Source: Bacteroidaceae bacterium
GTDB taxonomy: Bacteria > Bacillota > Clostridia > Christensenellales > Aristaeellaceae
Assembly (NCBI GenBank): GCA_963642705.1
Contig: CAVIHU010000002.1
Coordinates: 43,519-107,518, forward strand
Length of the DNA stretch: 64,000 nt
Reading direction: 5' to 3'
Below, one piece after another: positions 11,581-20,613 of this stretch (its first letter is position 1; each line of letters opens with the position of its first letter). The notes beneath the pieces are model-generated. The model ran no database searches. It saw nothing but the letters and a program-made list of their open reading frames with translations, and had not been told where the DNA came from. A program made the translations under genes and the position numbers.

Positions 11581-12450
11581 TTGCGCAAACGCGCTTGCCT
11601 TGTGCTGACCATTCTGCTGCTGATCATTCCGGCAGCAACGGCAGAAAATGCTGTCCTTGACCTTCGGGGTCACACGCACGTGACGGTGCAGTTCGCAGCG
11701 GAAGCGTCTGTGCTGACGGTCGTCTATCCGCAGATGACATTCGCCGACGCGTGCATCCTCGTGTGTGACGGTCATGCCGCGATGATTGACGCAGGCGGTT
11801 ACGCGCAGGAGGAGGCTGTGATGTCCGCAATTGAACAGCTTGGCATCACGTCCTTCGACTGGGTCGTTTGCTCGCATCCGCATCATGACCATGAGCCGGG
11901 CTTCGAGGCGATTGTCAGAAAGTATCCGGTCGGGCAGTATATAACGTCGTTTCCGGACAATGAAAATAACTGGACGAAGAAAATGGCGAAGGCGCTCGAG
12001 GCGGCAGGCGTTCCGGCTGCAACCCCGTCGGACGGCGATGTGCTGACGCTGGGTCGTGCGGAAATCCGGCTGATTTTGCCCGAAAACACCGGCAAGACGG
12101 TCAACAACCGTTCGCTGCTGACGGTGGTGTCGCTCGACGAAAGGCGGATGCTGATGCTTGCGGACATCGAAACGATGGGACAGGATGCGCTGCTGTCATC
12201 CGGCGTTGATTTGCATGCCGACATTCTCAAGTATCCGCATCACGGGCATGCCGCGATGAATAAAACCCTGCTCAATGATATTGCACCGAGCCTGTGCGTC
12301 ATCACCGCGAAGCCGACGCGTGCGCCATACGCAAGCGAGCAGCTGGAAAAAGCCCGAATCAAGGCAGTCTACACCGACGGTGACGGCATCGTGTTCCGCA
12401 CAGACGGTCAGGTGTGGCTGATGCAGGATTTGTCGGCTGTTGAATTTTAG
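11581..12450 (+). CDS. Secreted MBL-fold metallo-hydrolase (ComEC C-terminal-domain type)
   Basis: TTG start 6 nt after AAAGGGGAG. Signal peptide present. HxHxDH motif (SHPHHDHEPG) and later KYPHHGH. Confidence 0.75.
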   Translation: MRKRACLVLTILLLIIPAATAENAVLDLRGHTHVTVQFAAEASVLTVVYPQMTFADACILVCDGHAAMIDAGGYAQEEAVMSAIEQLGITSFDWVVCSHPHHDHEPGFEAIVRKYPVGQYITSFPDNENNWTKKMAKALEAAGVPAATPSDGDVLTLGRAEIRLILPENTGKTVNNRSLLTVVSLDERRMLMLADIETMGQDALLSSGVDLHADILKYPHHGHAAMNKTLLNDIAPSLCVITAKPTRAPYASEQLEKARIKAVYTDGDGIVFRTDGQVWLMQDLSAVEF

Positions 12451-12516
12451 GCAGGGAACGCCTGCCTCTTCGCTTATGGGGTGGGTCAAATCAAGCGGCT
12501 GTAAAGGAAGGAAAAC

Positions 12517-13827
12517 ATGGATCAGGCGACATCGCTGTCACCGCTGGCGGAGCGCCTTCGCCCGACGACGCTCGATGAATTCGCCGGACAGGAGCAGCTG
12601 CTCGGTCAGGGAAAGGTGCTCAGGAAGCTGATTGAGGGCGATCATGTGCCGTCAATGATCTTCTGGGGACCGCCGGGAGTCGGCAAAACGACGCTCGCGC
12701 GGATTATCGCCCGGCGGACAAAGAGCAGCTTCATCAATTTCTCCGCCGTTAACAGCGGCATTAAGGATATCCGGCAGGTCATGGAGCAGGCGGAGAACGA
12801 CCGCATGCTCGGCCTCCGCACGATTGTGTTCGTGGACGAAATCCACCGCTTCAACAAGGCACAGCAGGACGCGTTTCTGCCGTATGTTGAGAAGGGCAGC
12901 ATCGTGCTCATCGGTGCGACGACCGAAAACCCGTCGTTCGAGGTGAACGGCGCACTCCTGTCGCGGTGCCGCGTGTTTGTGCTTCACGCGCTGAAAGAAT
13001 CGGACGTCCTGTCGCTGCTCAAGCGGGCGCTCAATGATCCGCGCGGCTTCGGCGGACAGTCAATCGATATCGCCGACGAGCTCCTGCGCGCGATTGCATC
13101 TTTTTCCGGCGGCGATGCGCGAATGGCGTTGTCCACGCTGGAAATGGTCGTGCTGAACGGCGATTTGGATGAAAACGGCGTGACGCATGTGACCGAGGAA
13201 ACTGTACTGCAGTGTACATCCCGGCGGTCGCTGCTCTACGACAAGAAGGGCGACGGGCATTACGATCTCATCAGCGCACTGCATAAGTCGATGCGCAATT
13301 CCGATCCGGACGCGGCGGTCTATTGGCTGGCGCGAATGCTGGAGGGCGGCGAGGATCCGCTGTATGTGGCGCGGCGAATTGTCCGCTTTGCAAGCGAGGA
13401 TATCGGGCTGGCGGATTCGCGTGCGCTGGAAACGGCGGTTGCCGCATATCAGGCCTGTCACTTTCTCGGTATGCCGGAATGCTCGGTTCATCTGACGCAT
13501 GCGGTCGTGTACATGGCGATGGCGCCGAAATCGAACGCACTGTATATGGCGTATGAGTCTGCGAAGGACGACGCATTGCGGCAGCTTGCCGAGCCGGTGC
13601 CGCTGCAGATCCGCAATGCCCCGACCGGACTGATGAAGAGCCTCGGCTACGGCAATGGCTACGTGTACGCGCATGACACGAAGGAGAAGCTGTCCGCAAT
13701 GGAATGCCTGCCCGACTCGCTGCGCGGCAAGCGGTATTATCTGCCGACCGCGCAGGGCAATGAGGCACGGTACAAGGCGCGGCTTGAGGAAATCCGCGCA
13801 TGGAAGGAAAACCAGAGAAAGAAATAA
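12517..13827 (+). CDS. rarA: Replication-associated recombination protein A (AAA+ ATPase)
   Basis: LRPTTLDEFAGQ, Walker A GPPGVGKTT, Walker B VFVDEIHRFNK, and the MgsA C-terminal domain. Confidence 0.9.
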   Translation: MDQATSLSPLAERLRPTTLDEFAGQEQLLGQGKVLRKLIEGDHVPSMIFWGPPGVGKTTLARIIARRTKSSFINFSAVNSGIKDIRQVMEQAENDRMLGLRTIVFVDEIHRFNKAQQDAFLPYVEKGSIVLIGATTENPSFEVNGALLSRCRVFVLHALKESDVLSLLKRALNDPRGFGGQSIDIADELLRAIASFSGGDARMALSTLEMVVLNGDLDENGVTHVTEETVLQCTSRRSLLYDKKGDGHYDLISALHKSMRNSDPDAAVYWLARMLEGGEDPLYVARRIVRFASEDIGLADSRALETAVAAYQACHFLGMPECSVHLTHAVVYMAMAPKSNALYMAYESAKDDALRQLAEPVPLQIRNAPTGLMKSLGYGNGYVYAHDTKEKLSAMECLPDSLRGKRYYLPTAQGNEARYKARLEEIRAWKENQRKK

Positions 13828-13830
13828 GAC

Positions 13831-13922
13831 AATACCGCACATTCAGCGACATCGCCGAATTGTGCGGTATTGCAATAAGCTGAAGGCGTTCCCCCATCGG
13901 GTGAAGCTCCTTCAGCTTTTAT
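13831..13922. terminator. Back-to-back terminator hairpins between convergent rarA and deoD
   Basis: 11-bp stem AATACCGCACA/TGTGCGGTATT (13831-13871). A perfect 10-bp stem AAGCTGAAGG/CCTTCAGCTT (13877-13918) is followed by TTTTAT. Confidence 0.6.
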
Positions 13923-13937
13923 GGTGCGCCAATGCTG

Positions 13938-14645
13938 TTATGCGATTTCCAGTGCGATTTCCATCATCTGCGTGAAGGTGTTCTGACGCGCCTCCGCGTC
14001 AAGCTCCTCACCGGTGAAGGGATTGTCGGAGATGGTGCAGATGGCCAATGCGTTTTTGCCGAGCCTCGATGCGTTCAGGTACAGTCCGGCGGCTTCCATC
14101 TCAATGGCAAGCACGCCCAGCTCGCGCAGCACCGCACCGTAGGGCGGATTGCGCTCGTCATAGAATGTGTCGGTGGAGTACAGCGCACCGGCGACCGGCG
14201 TGATGCCCATCTCGTTGGCGGCGTTCATTGCGGCGGACAGCAGCTCATACGAGCAGCACGGCGCGAAGCTCCCCTGAAAGCCGTATTGAAGACCAAAGCT
14301 GCTGTTGGTGTACGCGCTCATGCCGAGGACGATGTCGCGCACCTTGAGCTTCGGGCTGAGCATCCCTGCCGAGCCGACGCGGATGATGTTCTCCACGCCA
14401 TAGAATTTATACAGCTCATAGGAATAGATGCCGATGGACGGAATGCCTATGCCGGAAGCCATGACGGACACGCGCTTGCCGTGATAGAAGCCGGTGTACC
14501 CCTGCACGCCGCGCGTGTTATTGACAAGGACTGCGTCCTGAAGATAGTGCTCGGCGATGTACTGGGAACGGAGCGGATCGCCGGGCATGAGGACGGTGCG
14601 GGCGAAATCACCCTCCTTGGCGGTGATATGAGGTGTCGGAATCAT
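13938..14645 (-). CDS. deoD: Purine nucleoside phosphorylase, DeoD type
   Basis: MIPTPHI...FARTVLMPGDPLR...GIGIPSIGIYSYEL pattern. ATG at 14645 lies 8 nt after AAAGGAG. Confidence 0.9.
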   Translation of the reverse strand: MIPTPHITAKEGDFARTVLMPGDPLRSQYIAEHYLQDAVLVNNTRGVQGYTGFYHGKRVSVMASGIGIPSIGIYSYELYKFYGVENIIRVGSAGMLSPKLKVRDIVLGMSAYTNSSFGLQYGFQGSFAPCCSYELLSAAMNAANEMGITPVAGALYSTDTFYDERNPPYGAVLRELGVLAIEMEAAGLYLNASRLGKNALAICTISDNPFTGEELDAEARQNTFTQMMEIALEIA

Positions 14646-14703
14646 CGAATAGGCTCCTTTCGCAGTCTGATGAATTGATTTTAGCATAAGAGCAGAAAAT
14701 GTT

Positions 14704-14760
14704 CAAGGGGAGGGACTTCGGGGACTTCGGAGACTTCGTCCCGGTTCTCTCCCTTTTCGA
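14704..14760. repeat. Related element, copy I, containing a (GACTTCGG)x3 mini-repeat
   Basis: CAAGGGGAGGG ACTTCGGGGACTTCGGAGACTTCG TCCC...CTCTCCCTTTTCG. Confidence 0.4.
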
Positions 14761-14802
14761 GCATGCGGTTTTCATGCCCGTGGCAGGATTGCGCTGCACC
14801 AA

Positions 14803-14855
14803 TAAGGGGTTGTGGAACAGACGAGGACCTCGTGCGCCCCTATAGCCCCCTTCGG
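14803..14855 (-). repeat. Related element, copy F
   Basis: Minus strand reads CCGAAGGGGGCTATAGGGGCGCACGAGGTCCTCGT...CCCCTT. Confidence 0.4.
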
Positions 14856-14894
14856 CGTCCTGCGAGAATGCGTAACCTTTTGCACTGCCAATTG

Positions 14895-14935
14895 CAAAAA
14901 AATGCGCCTGACGCACGCCTCCTGCATCAGGCACA
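14895..14935 (-). terminator. Intrinsic terminator after the oxidoreductase gene
   Basis: Minus strand shows a TGTGCCTGA...TCAGGCGCA stem followed by a TTTTTTT run. Confidence 0.6.
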
Positions 14936-14939
14936 TGAT

Positions 14940-16109
14940 TCACTTTTTGGTGCTGCCGAAGCTGCCGGAAACATCGATCGCGGTGTCCGGCTCCTCCTTG
15001 TGGCGCGAGGTCTTGCGTTTCTCGTTCAGGAGCTTCAGGAACAGCTTCTCGTCAATCGGCAGAGAAACGGTTTCGTTCGTCCACGAGGACAGATGCATGG
15101 CGTTTGACAGCATCAAGCCGCGGATGCCCTCGCGCCCGTCTGCCACGAGCGGCGTGCCGTTCTCGATGTGCGCTGCAAAAGCGTTCAGCACGCCGACATG
15201 CTGCGGATTCTGACCGTCCGTTTCGACAACGGTGTGCGTGATTTCCGGCACGCCGAAGGGCTGCGGACAGGTTGGACACCATTCGCGCTCGTCAACCGAT
15301 GCCGTATCCAGCGTCAATTCATCATGCTCGATGCGGATGCGTCCTTTTGTGCCGATGATTTCCAGCCGGTTTTCGCCCAGCACATCGCCGGTTGACGCGA
15401 TGAACGTGCCGGTCGCGCCGTTCTCAAATTCGAGATATGCGGTTACGTCATCCTCAACCTCGATGTCGTGCCACTTGCCTTCATGACAGAATGCACGCAC
15501 ATGCACCGGCAGTCCGCAGAGCCATTGCAGCAGATCAAGCTGATGCGGGCACTGGTTGAGCAGCACGCCGCCGCCTTCGCCGTCCCATGTCGCACGCCAC
15601 GCGCCTGCATCATAATAATGCTGCGTGCGGTACCAGTCCGTCACAATCCACGACATGCGCTTGAGCTGTCCGAGCGCGCCGCTGTCAATCAGCTCCTTCG
15701 CCCTGCGGTAAACGCAGTTCGTGCGCTGGTTGAACATCATGCCGAAGGTCAGCTCCGGATGGCGGTCCGCCTCGGCAATCATGTCGCGCACCTGCAGGGT
15801 GTATACGCCTGCCGGCTTTTCGCACATGACGTGCTTGCCGCAGCGCAGCGCTTCGGCAGCGAGTGTCGGGTGCTGATAATGCGGCGTCGCAATCAGCACG
15901 GCGTCGCACGTGTCGGAATGGATGAGGTCAACGCCCTCGGTGAACACGGCTGCATCGGGTACTGTCGCATGAATCCACTCGCGCCGCGCAGCCTTGCGGT
16001 CAGCCATCGCCGTAATCCGGATGTCGGGGCACTTGCCCGAAAGAATATTTGCGGTATGCATGCTGGCAATCCCGCCCGCGCCGATGATTCCAAGACGAAG
16101 CATGGTCAT
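14940..16109 (-). CDS. Gfo/Idh/MocA family oxidoreductase
   Basis: N-terminal Rossmann LRLGIIGAGGIA, the EKP motif (MCEKPAG), and a C-terminal alpha/beta domain. GGAGGA RBS. Confidence 0.85.
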   Translation of the reverse strand: MTMLRLGIIGAGGIASMHTANILSGKCPDIRITAMADRKAARREWIHATVPDAAVFTEGVDLIHSDTCDAVLIATPHYQHPTLAAEALRCGKHVMCEKPAGVYTLQVRDMIAEADRHPELTFGMMFNQRTNCVYRRAKELIDSGALGQLKRMSWIVTDWYRTQHYYDAGAWRATWDGEGGGVLLNQCPHQLDLLQWLCGLPVHVRAFCHEGKWHDIEVEDDVTAYLEFENGATGTFIASTGDVLGENRLEIIGTKGRIRIEHDELTLDTASVDEREWCPTCPQPFGVPEITHTVVETDGQNPQHVGVLNAFAAHIENGTPLVADGREGIRGLMLSNAMHLSSWTNETVSLPIDEKLFLKLLNEKRKTSRHKEEPDTAIDVSGSFGSTKK

Positions 16110-16583
16110 TCCTCCTATAGCGCAATTTGCTGAGTATATTCTTCATGGCACCTGCAGATTCCTTCCTGATTTGCAGAAAAATTTCCAATTATGATACGTT
16201 TTATGCGAATCCTGCACAAGAATAGGCGAATGCTGCCTGGCTGATAACGAAGATATAGGCAGAAGGCGTATATTGCCTTGATGCGAGCTCTGTGTGAGGG
16301 TTTAGCGCAAGTTTTTACATTTCTCGGGCGAAGGGACGAGCCGTATTTCAGCGGATGTACATGCGAAATGTCTCCAAAATGAAAGAAAAACTGTTAAAAT
16401 TATGTGAAAATCTTTCATAAAATCGACCTTGTAAGGCACTGAAATGGAAAAAAAGGCACAAAACTGGTCGAATTGGTGAAATACGCGAAGAAAAGCATAA
16501 AAAAAGCGATGAAACGCAAAGAAAACGCTTTTCAGTTCTATTATAATTTCAGATATAAAATTTCCGTAAGGAGATGATTCACT

Positions 16584-17870
16584 ATGAAGATGACTCAGAA
16601 GCTTGTTTCTGTACTGCTGGTGCTGTGCATGATGCTTGGCTGTATCATGATGGCGAATGCAGAGACGGAGGACACGGTCAAGCTGACCGTCTGGTGCTGG
16701 TCGCCGAACGACGAGCTGCTACAGACCGGTGCCGAAATGGTGCGCGAGGCGTCTCTTGGGAACGTGGAGCTGGAGGTGACCGTCATGGCGCTGGCGGACG
16801 TCCGCACGAAGATTGCGACGATTACCAGCTCCGGCGATCTCACGCAGCTGCCTGACATCATCCTGATGCAGGACAGCTCCATTCCTATGATGGTGCATGC
16901 CTACGGCGATGCTTTCCTGCCGCTGTCCGGCTACGGCATCGACACATCGACGTTCGACCAGGCGAAAATCGCGTGGGACACGTTTGACGGTGAGCTGTGG
17001 GGCATTCCGTTTGACTCCAGCGTCGGTGTTGTGTGCTACCGCACCGATTACCTGTCGGAGGCCGGTTACACCATCGATGACATGAATGACATCACGTGGG
17101 AGCGTTTCCGCGAGATTGGCGGCGAGGTGTTGGAAAAGACGGGGCATCCGCTTCTGTCCACCTCGAACGACACAACCATGCTGACCATGATGCTCATGTC
17201 TGCCGGCGGCAGCCTGTTCAACGAGGACGGAACGCCTAACCTCAATCAGAACGACACCCTCAAGGCGGCTATCGCCGAGTATCAGGCGCTGGTTGAGAGC
17301 GGAACGCTCAAGGTGGTCAACAACTGGGACGAATACATGAGCTCCCTGAACGCCGGCTCCTGCGGCGGCACCATGAACGGCATGTGGATCATGAACTCCT
17401 GCATGCAGGCGCCCGACCAGTCTGGCAACTGGGGCGTTGCGAACATTCCGGCGGTTTCCTCTGTGGAAGGCGCATCGAATTACGCCTCGAGCGGCGGCAG
17501 CAGCTGGATGATTACGTCGAACTGCAAGAACGCGGAAGCGGCTGTGTCCTTCCTGATGACGCTCATGGGCGGCGAGCTGAGCGACACGTTCTACGCGGAT
17601 ATCCTGACCGCCTCGAACTACATCGCGGCGTATCTCCCTACGGCGAAAAACGCGGACGTGTACGGCGCGGAGAATGAATTCTTCGGCGGAATGAAGGTCT
17701 ACGAGATTCTCGGCTCCTACGTCGAAAAGATGCCTGCCTGCAACACGAGCTACGTCTACGACGAAACGCAGGACGCGCTCGCAGTCGCGCTGAGCAACAT
17801 TCTCAACGGCGCGGACGTGCAGTCCGAGCTTGACACGGCGCAGACGACAGTTGAATTCCTGATGTTCTAA
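16584..17870 (+). CDS. Sugar ABC transporter substrate-binding lipoprotein (CUT1 family)
   Basis: Lipobox-containing signal peptide (LCMMLGC) and family-1 solute-binding fold signatures. AAGGAG RBS. Followed by two MalFG-type permeases. Confidence 0.85.
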   Translation: MKMTQKLVSVLLVLCMMLGCIMMANAETEDTVKLTVWCWSPNDELLQTGAEMVREASLGNVELEVTVMALADVRTKIATITSSGDLTQLPDIILMQDSSIPMMVHAYGDAFLPLSGYGIDTSTFDQAKIAWDTFDGELWGIPFDSSVGVVCYRTDYLSEAGYTIDDMNDITWERFREIGGEVLEKTGHPLLSTSNDTTMLTMMLMSAGGSLFNEDGTPNLNQNDTLKAAIAEYQALVESGTLKVVNNWDEYMSSLNAGSCGGTMNGMWIMNSCMQAPDQSGNWGVANIPAVSSVEGASNYASSGGSSWMITSNCKNAEAAVSFLMTLMGGELSDTFYADILTASNYIAAYLPTAKNADVYGAENEFFGGMKVYEILGSYVEKMPACNTSYVYDETQDALAVALSNILNGADVQSELDTAQTTVEFLMF

Positions 17871-17881
17871 GACAATACCTG

Positions 17882-17920
17882 CCTGAAGCAGCCGACCCCC
17901 ATCCGGTCGGCTGCTTCAGG
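17882..17920 (+). promoter_or_regulatory. Perfect 16-bp intercistronic stem-loop between binding-protein and permease genes
   Basis: CCTGAAGCAGCCGACC, a 7-nt loop, then GGTCGGCTGCTTCAGG. There is no U-run after it. Confidence 0.6.
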
Positions 17921-17945
17921 TATATGGCATAAAGGAGAGCATCTC

Positions 17946-18815
17946 ATGAAGCTTACTTATTCCAAGAGACTGAAGCTCACCGGGTGGCTGTTCATACTGC
18001 CTGCCGTCATCCTTGTGTTTGTGATGAGCTTCTATACCATTTTTCAGGCGTTCCTGACCTCGTTTCAGAGCGGAACGGGCAGCCGGATGACGTGGGTCGC
18101 ATTCAAGAACTACGAGCGCATCCTCATCGATCCGACGCTGCGCACCGCCGTTGGGAATACGCTGATTTACATGCTGCAAATCCCGATCATGCTCGGGCTT
18201 GCGCTGCTGTATGCCCAGCTCATCAGCAGCCGCTTCCTCAAGGGCAGCGCGTTCTTCCGCACGATTCTTTTCCTGCCGTGCGCGATGGCGTCCGTTTCCT
18301 ACTCGCTCGTCTTCCGCATCCTTTTCGCGTCGGATGGCTTCATCAATACGCTGCTGAATACCCTTGGCGTTGCGTCTGTCAATTTCTTCGGCAACGCAGG
18401 CAGCGCAAGAGCCGTCATTATGGCCGCACTCGTCTGGCGATGGACGGGCTACAATATGGTGTTCCTGTCCGCGGCGATGCAGAATGTGGATGCAAGCATC
18501 TATGAGGCGGCTGCGATTGACGGCGCAAGCGGTGCTCAGCGGTATTTCCGGATCACGCTGCCGCTGCTCCGCCCGACGCTGCTGCTGCTGACCATCATGA
18601 CTGTCAGCGGCACGATTCAGCTTTTTGACGAGTCTGTCAACCTGACCGGCGGCGGTCCGGCGAACGGCACGCTGTCCATCTCGCATTACATCTATAACCT
18701 CGCCTTCAAGTATTCGCCGAATTTCGGCTATGCTACCGCCATATCCTTCGTGGTGTTTGCTGCGATTGCCCTGCTGACGCTCCTGCAGATGAAGGTAGGT
18801 GACAAGCGTGACTAA
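17946..18815 (+). CDS. Sugar ABC transporter permease (MalF/UgpA-like)
   Basis: 6 TM segments and an EAA-loop region (IYEAAAIDGASGAQRYFRITLP). AAAGGAG RBS. Confidence 0.9.
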   Translation: MKLTYSKRLKLTGWLFILPAVILVFVMSFYTIFQAFLTSFQSGTGSRMTWVAFKNYERILIDPTLRTAVGNTLIYMLQIPIMLGLALLYAQLISSRFLKGSAFFRTILFLPCAMASVSYSLVFRILFASDGFINTLLNTLGVASVNFFGNAGSARAVIMAALVWRWTGYNMVFLSAAMQNVDASIYEAAAIDGASGAQRYFRITLPLLRPTLLLLTIMTVSGTIQLFDESVNLTGGGPANGTLSISHYIYNLAFKYSPNFGYATAISFVVFAAIALLTLLQMKVGDKRD

Positions 18816-19614
18816 ATTGCGCAAGCTTTTGCTGCACCTGTTCATGATTCTGTCCGTACTGCTCTTTGCGTTCCCGATTTACTGGATGTTTGTCTCCGCC
18901 ACAAACAGCACGGGCGAAATCGTCGTCGGCAAGCTGACGATCGGCACGCATCTGGCGGAGAACTTCGAGAAGCTGACATCGGCAAAGAACATCGCGCGCG
19001 CCATGTATAATTCCATGCGCAACACGGTGCTGTCCGTCTTTCTGTCGCTGCTCGTCAGCTCGATTGCAGGCTACGGCTTTGAGGTGTATCACGACAAATG
19101 GAAGGACCGCCTCATGAGCGTCATTCTCCTGTCCATGCTGATTCCGGGCATTTCGACCACCATTCCGCTCTACAAGATGATCGCCTCGTGGAAGCTGCTG
19201 AATACGTGGATGGGCTTCGTGCTGCCGGGCATCGCGTCGGTTTTCCTGATCATGCTCTTCCGGCAGAGCGCGCGCTCCTTTCCGCGCGACATCATCGAGG
19301 CGGCACGCATGGACGGCCTGACCGAGCTGGGCATCTTCTTCCGCATGTTCGTCCCGATTATGGCGCCGACCTACGTTGCCGCGCTGACCATCAGCTTCAT
19401 GAACGCATGGAACAGCTATCTTTGGCCGAGCGTCATCATGATGAGCAACGAATCGACCACCATGCCGCTGCTGCTGGCAAATCTGATGTCCGGCTATACG
19501 CAGGATTACGGCATGATTCTGCTGGCTGTTTCGATTTGCACCATCCCGACGCTGCTGATTTTTGCTTGCCTGCAGAAGAGCTTTGCATCGGGCATTACCG
19601 GCGCAGTCAAATAA
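18799..19614 (+). CDS. Sugar ABC transporter permease (MalG/UgpE-like)
   Basis: EAA loop (IIEAARMDGLTELGIFFRMFVP). The start is GTG at 18799 or, with better SD spacing, GTG at 18808. Overlaps the upstream permease stop. Confidence 0.9.
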   Translation: MTSVTKLRKLLLHLFMILSVLLFAFPIYWMFVSATNSTGEIVVGKLTIGTHLAENFEKLTSAKNIARAMYNSMRNTVLSVFLSLLVSSIAGYGFEVYHDKWKDRLMSVILLSMLIPGISTTIPLYKMIASWKLLNTWMGFVLPGIASVFLIMLFRQSARSFPRDIIEAARMDGLTELGIFFRMFVPIMAPTYVAALTISFMNAWNSYLWPSVIMMSNESTTMPLLLANLMSGYTQDYGMILLAVSICTIPTLLIFACLQKSFASGITGAVK

Positions 19615-19752
19615 GCATGAATATACGATAATTACGGTATATTTTGCGGTAATTAACGCTGATTTTTCCAAAAAATTCTATTTTCAGGCAGGAGTCTTCA
19701 TTTTTCTGGCGAATGATTCTGTAATCACCATCTCGCAATGAAAGGAGCCTAT

Positions 19753-20613
19753 ATGAAGAATCTTGACTATCTGGTCGAGTGCAATTTCACCAACAAGGTG
19801 GAAACAATCGACCCGCAGTACATCTGCCACCCGAAGTATGAGCTGTTTCTCCTGCTGGAGGGACAGGCAAGCATGCTGATCAATGCCGAACGCTACCCGC
19901 TGACGCGCGGTTCGCTTGTGCTGCTCTCCAGCGATGACTGGCACCTGTCCATCAACGACTCCAACCAGCCCTACAGCCGTGTCACCATGCACTTCGACCC
20001 GAACATCATCCAGATGTACAACACCGAACGGACGAATTTGCTGGATTGCTTCACGAATGCACGTTCCGAGCATAAGCACATCATTCAGCTCACCGAGGAG
20101 GAAATCGAGCAGTACCTCTATACCGCCAAGCGCATCGCCGCGCTCTGGGGCAGCGCCGAATTCGGCGACGACCTGACCGCCATTGCGATGCTCATCCGCC
20201 ACCTGATCTCCATCAACAAGATTTACTGGCGCGAAACGGGTACCTCGCCGCTGCAGCAGTCGCCGCTCGTGCATCAGATTGTGACCTATGTGGACAGCCA
20301 CATCGATTCGCCAATGTCCATCAGCGCGCTTGCGGAGGAATGCCGCTACTCCAAGTCGCATATTTCCACGACGTTCTCGCATGAAATGGGCATCCCGATT
20401 CGCCGCTACATCCTCGTCAAGAAGATTCTCTATGCCAAGACGCTGCTGGCGCAGGGACATACTGTGGAGTACGTCTGCGCCAATTCCGGCTTCAATGACT
20501 ACTGCAACTTCATCCGCACCTTCAAGAGCATTGTGGGCATCGCGCCGAAGCAGTGGCAGAGCCAGCTGAAGGAGAAGGAAAAGGCAACGCGGGGAAAGAA
20601 GCAGCAGGCATGA
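19753..20613 (+). CDS. AraC family transcriptional regulator (cupin sensor plus HTH_18)
   Basis: ATG at 19753 follows AAAGGAG. C-terminal AraC HTH (ISALAEECRYSKSHISTTFSHEMGIPIRRYI...GFNDYCNFIRTFK). Confidence 0.85.
   Translation: MKNLDYLVECNFTNKVETIDPQYICHPKYELFLLLEGQASMLINAERYPLTRGSLVLLSSDDWHLSINDSNQPYSRVTMHFDPNIIQMYNTERTNLLDCFTNARSEHKHIIQLTEEEIEQYLYTAKRIAALWGSAEFGDDLTAIAMLIRHLISINKIYWRETGTSPLQQSPLVHQIVTYVDSHIDSPMSISALAEECRYSKSHISTTFSHEMGIPIRRYILVKKILYAKTLLAQGHTVEYVCANSGFNDYCNFIRTFKSIVGIAPKQWQSQLKEKEKATRGKKQQA

Noticed and set aside
16110-16583. A 470-bp AT-rich spacer upstream of the first ABC operon, considered as a possible mobile-element scar or ncRNA.
   Set aside because: It has no inverted or direct terminal repeats, no structured GC-rich segments and no ORF remnants. 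It is most simply a divergent promoter region under AraC control: a TATAAT at 16542-16547 with a poor -35, as expected for an activator-dependent promoter.
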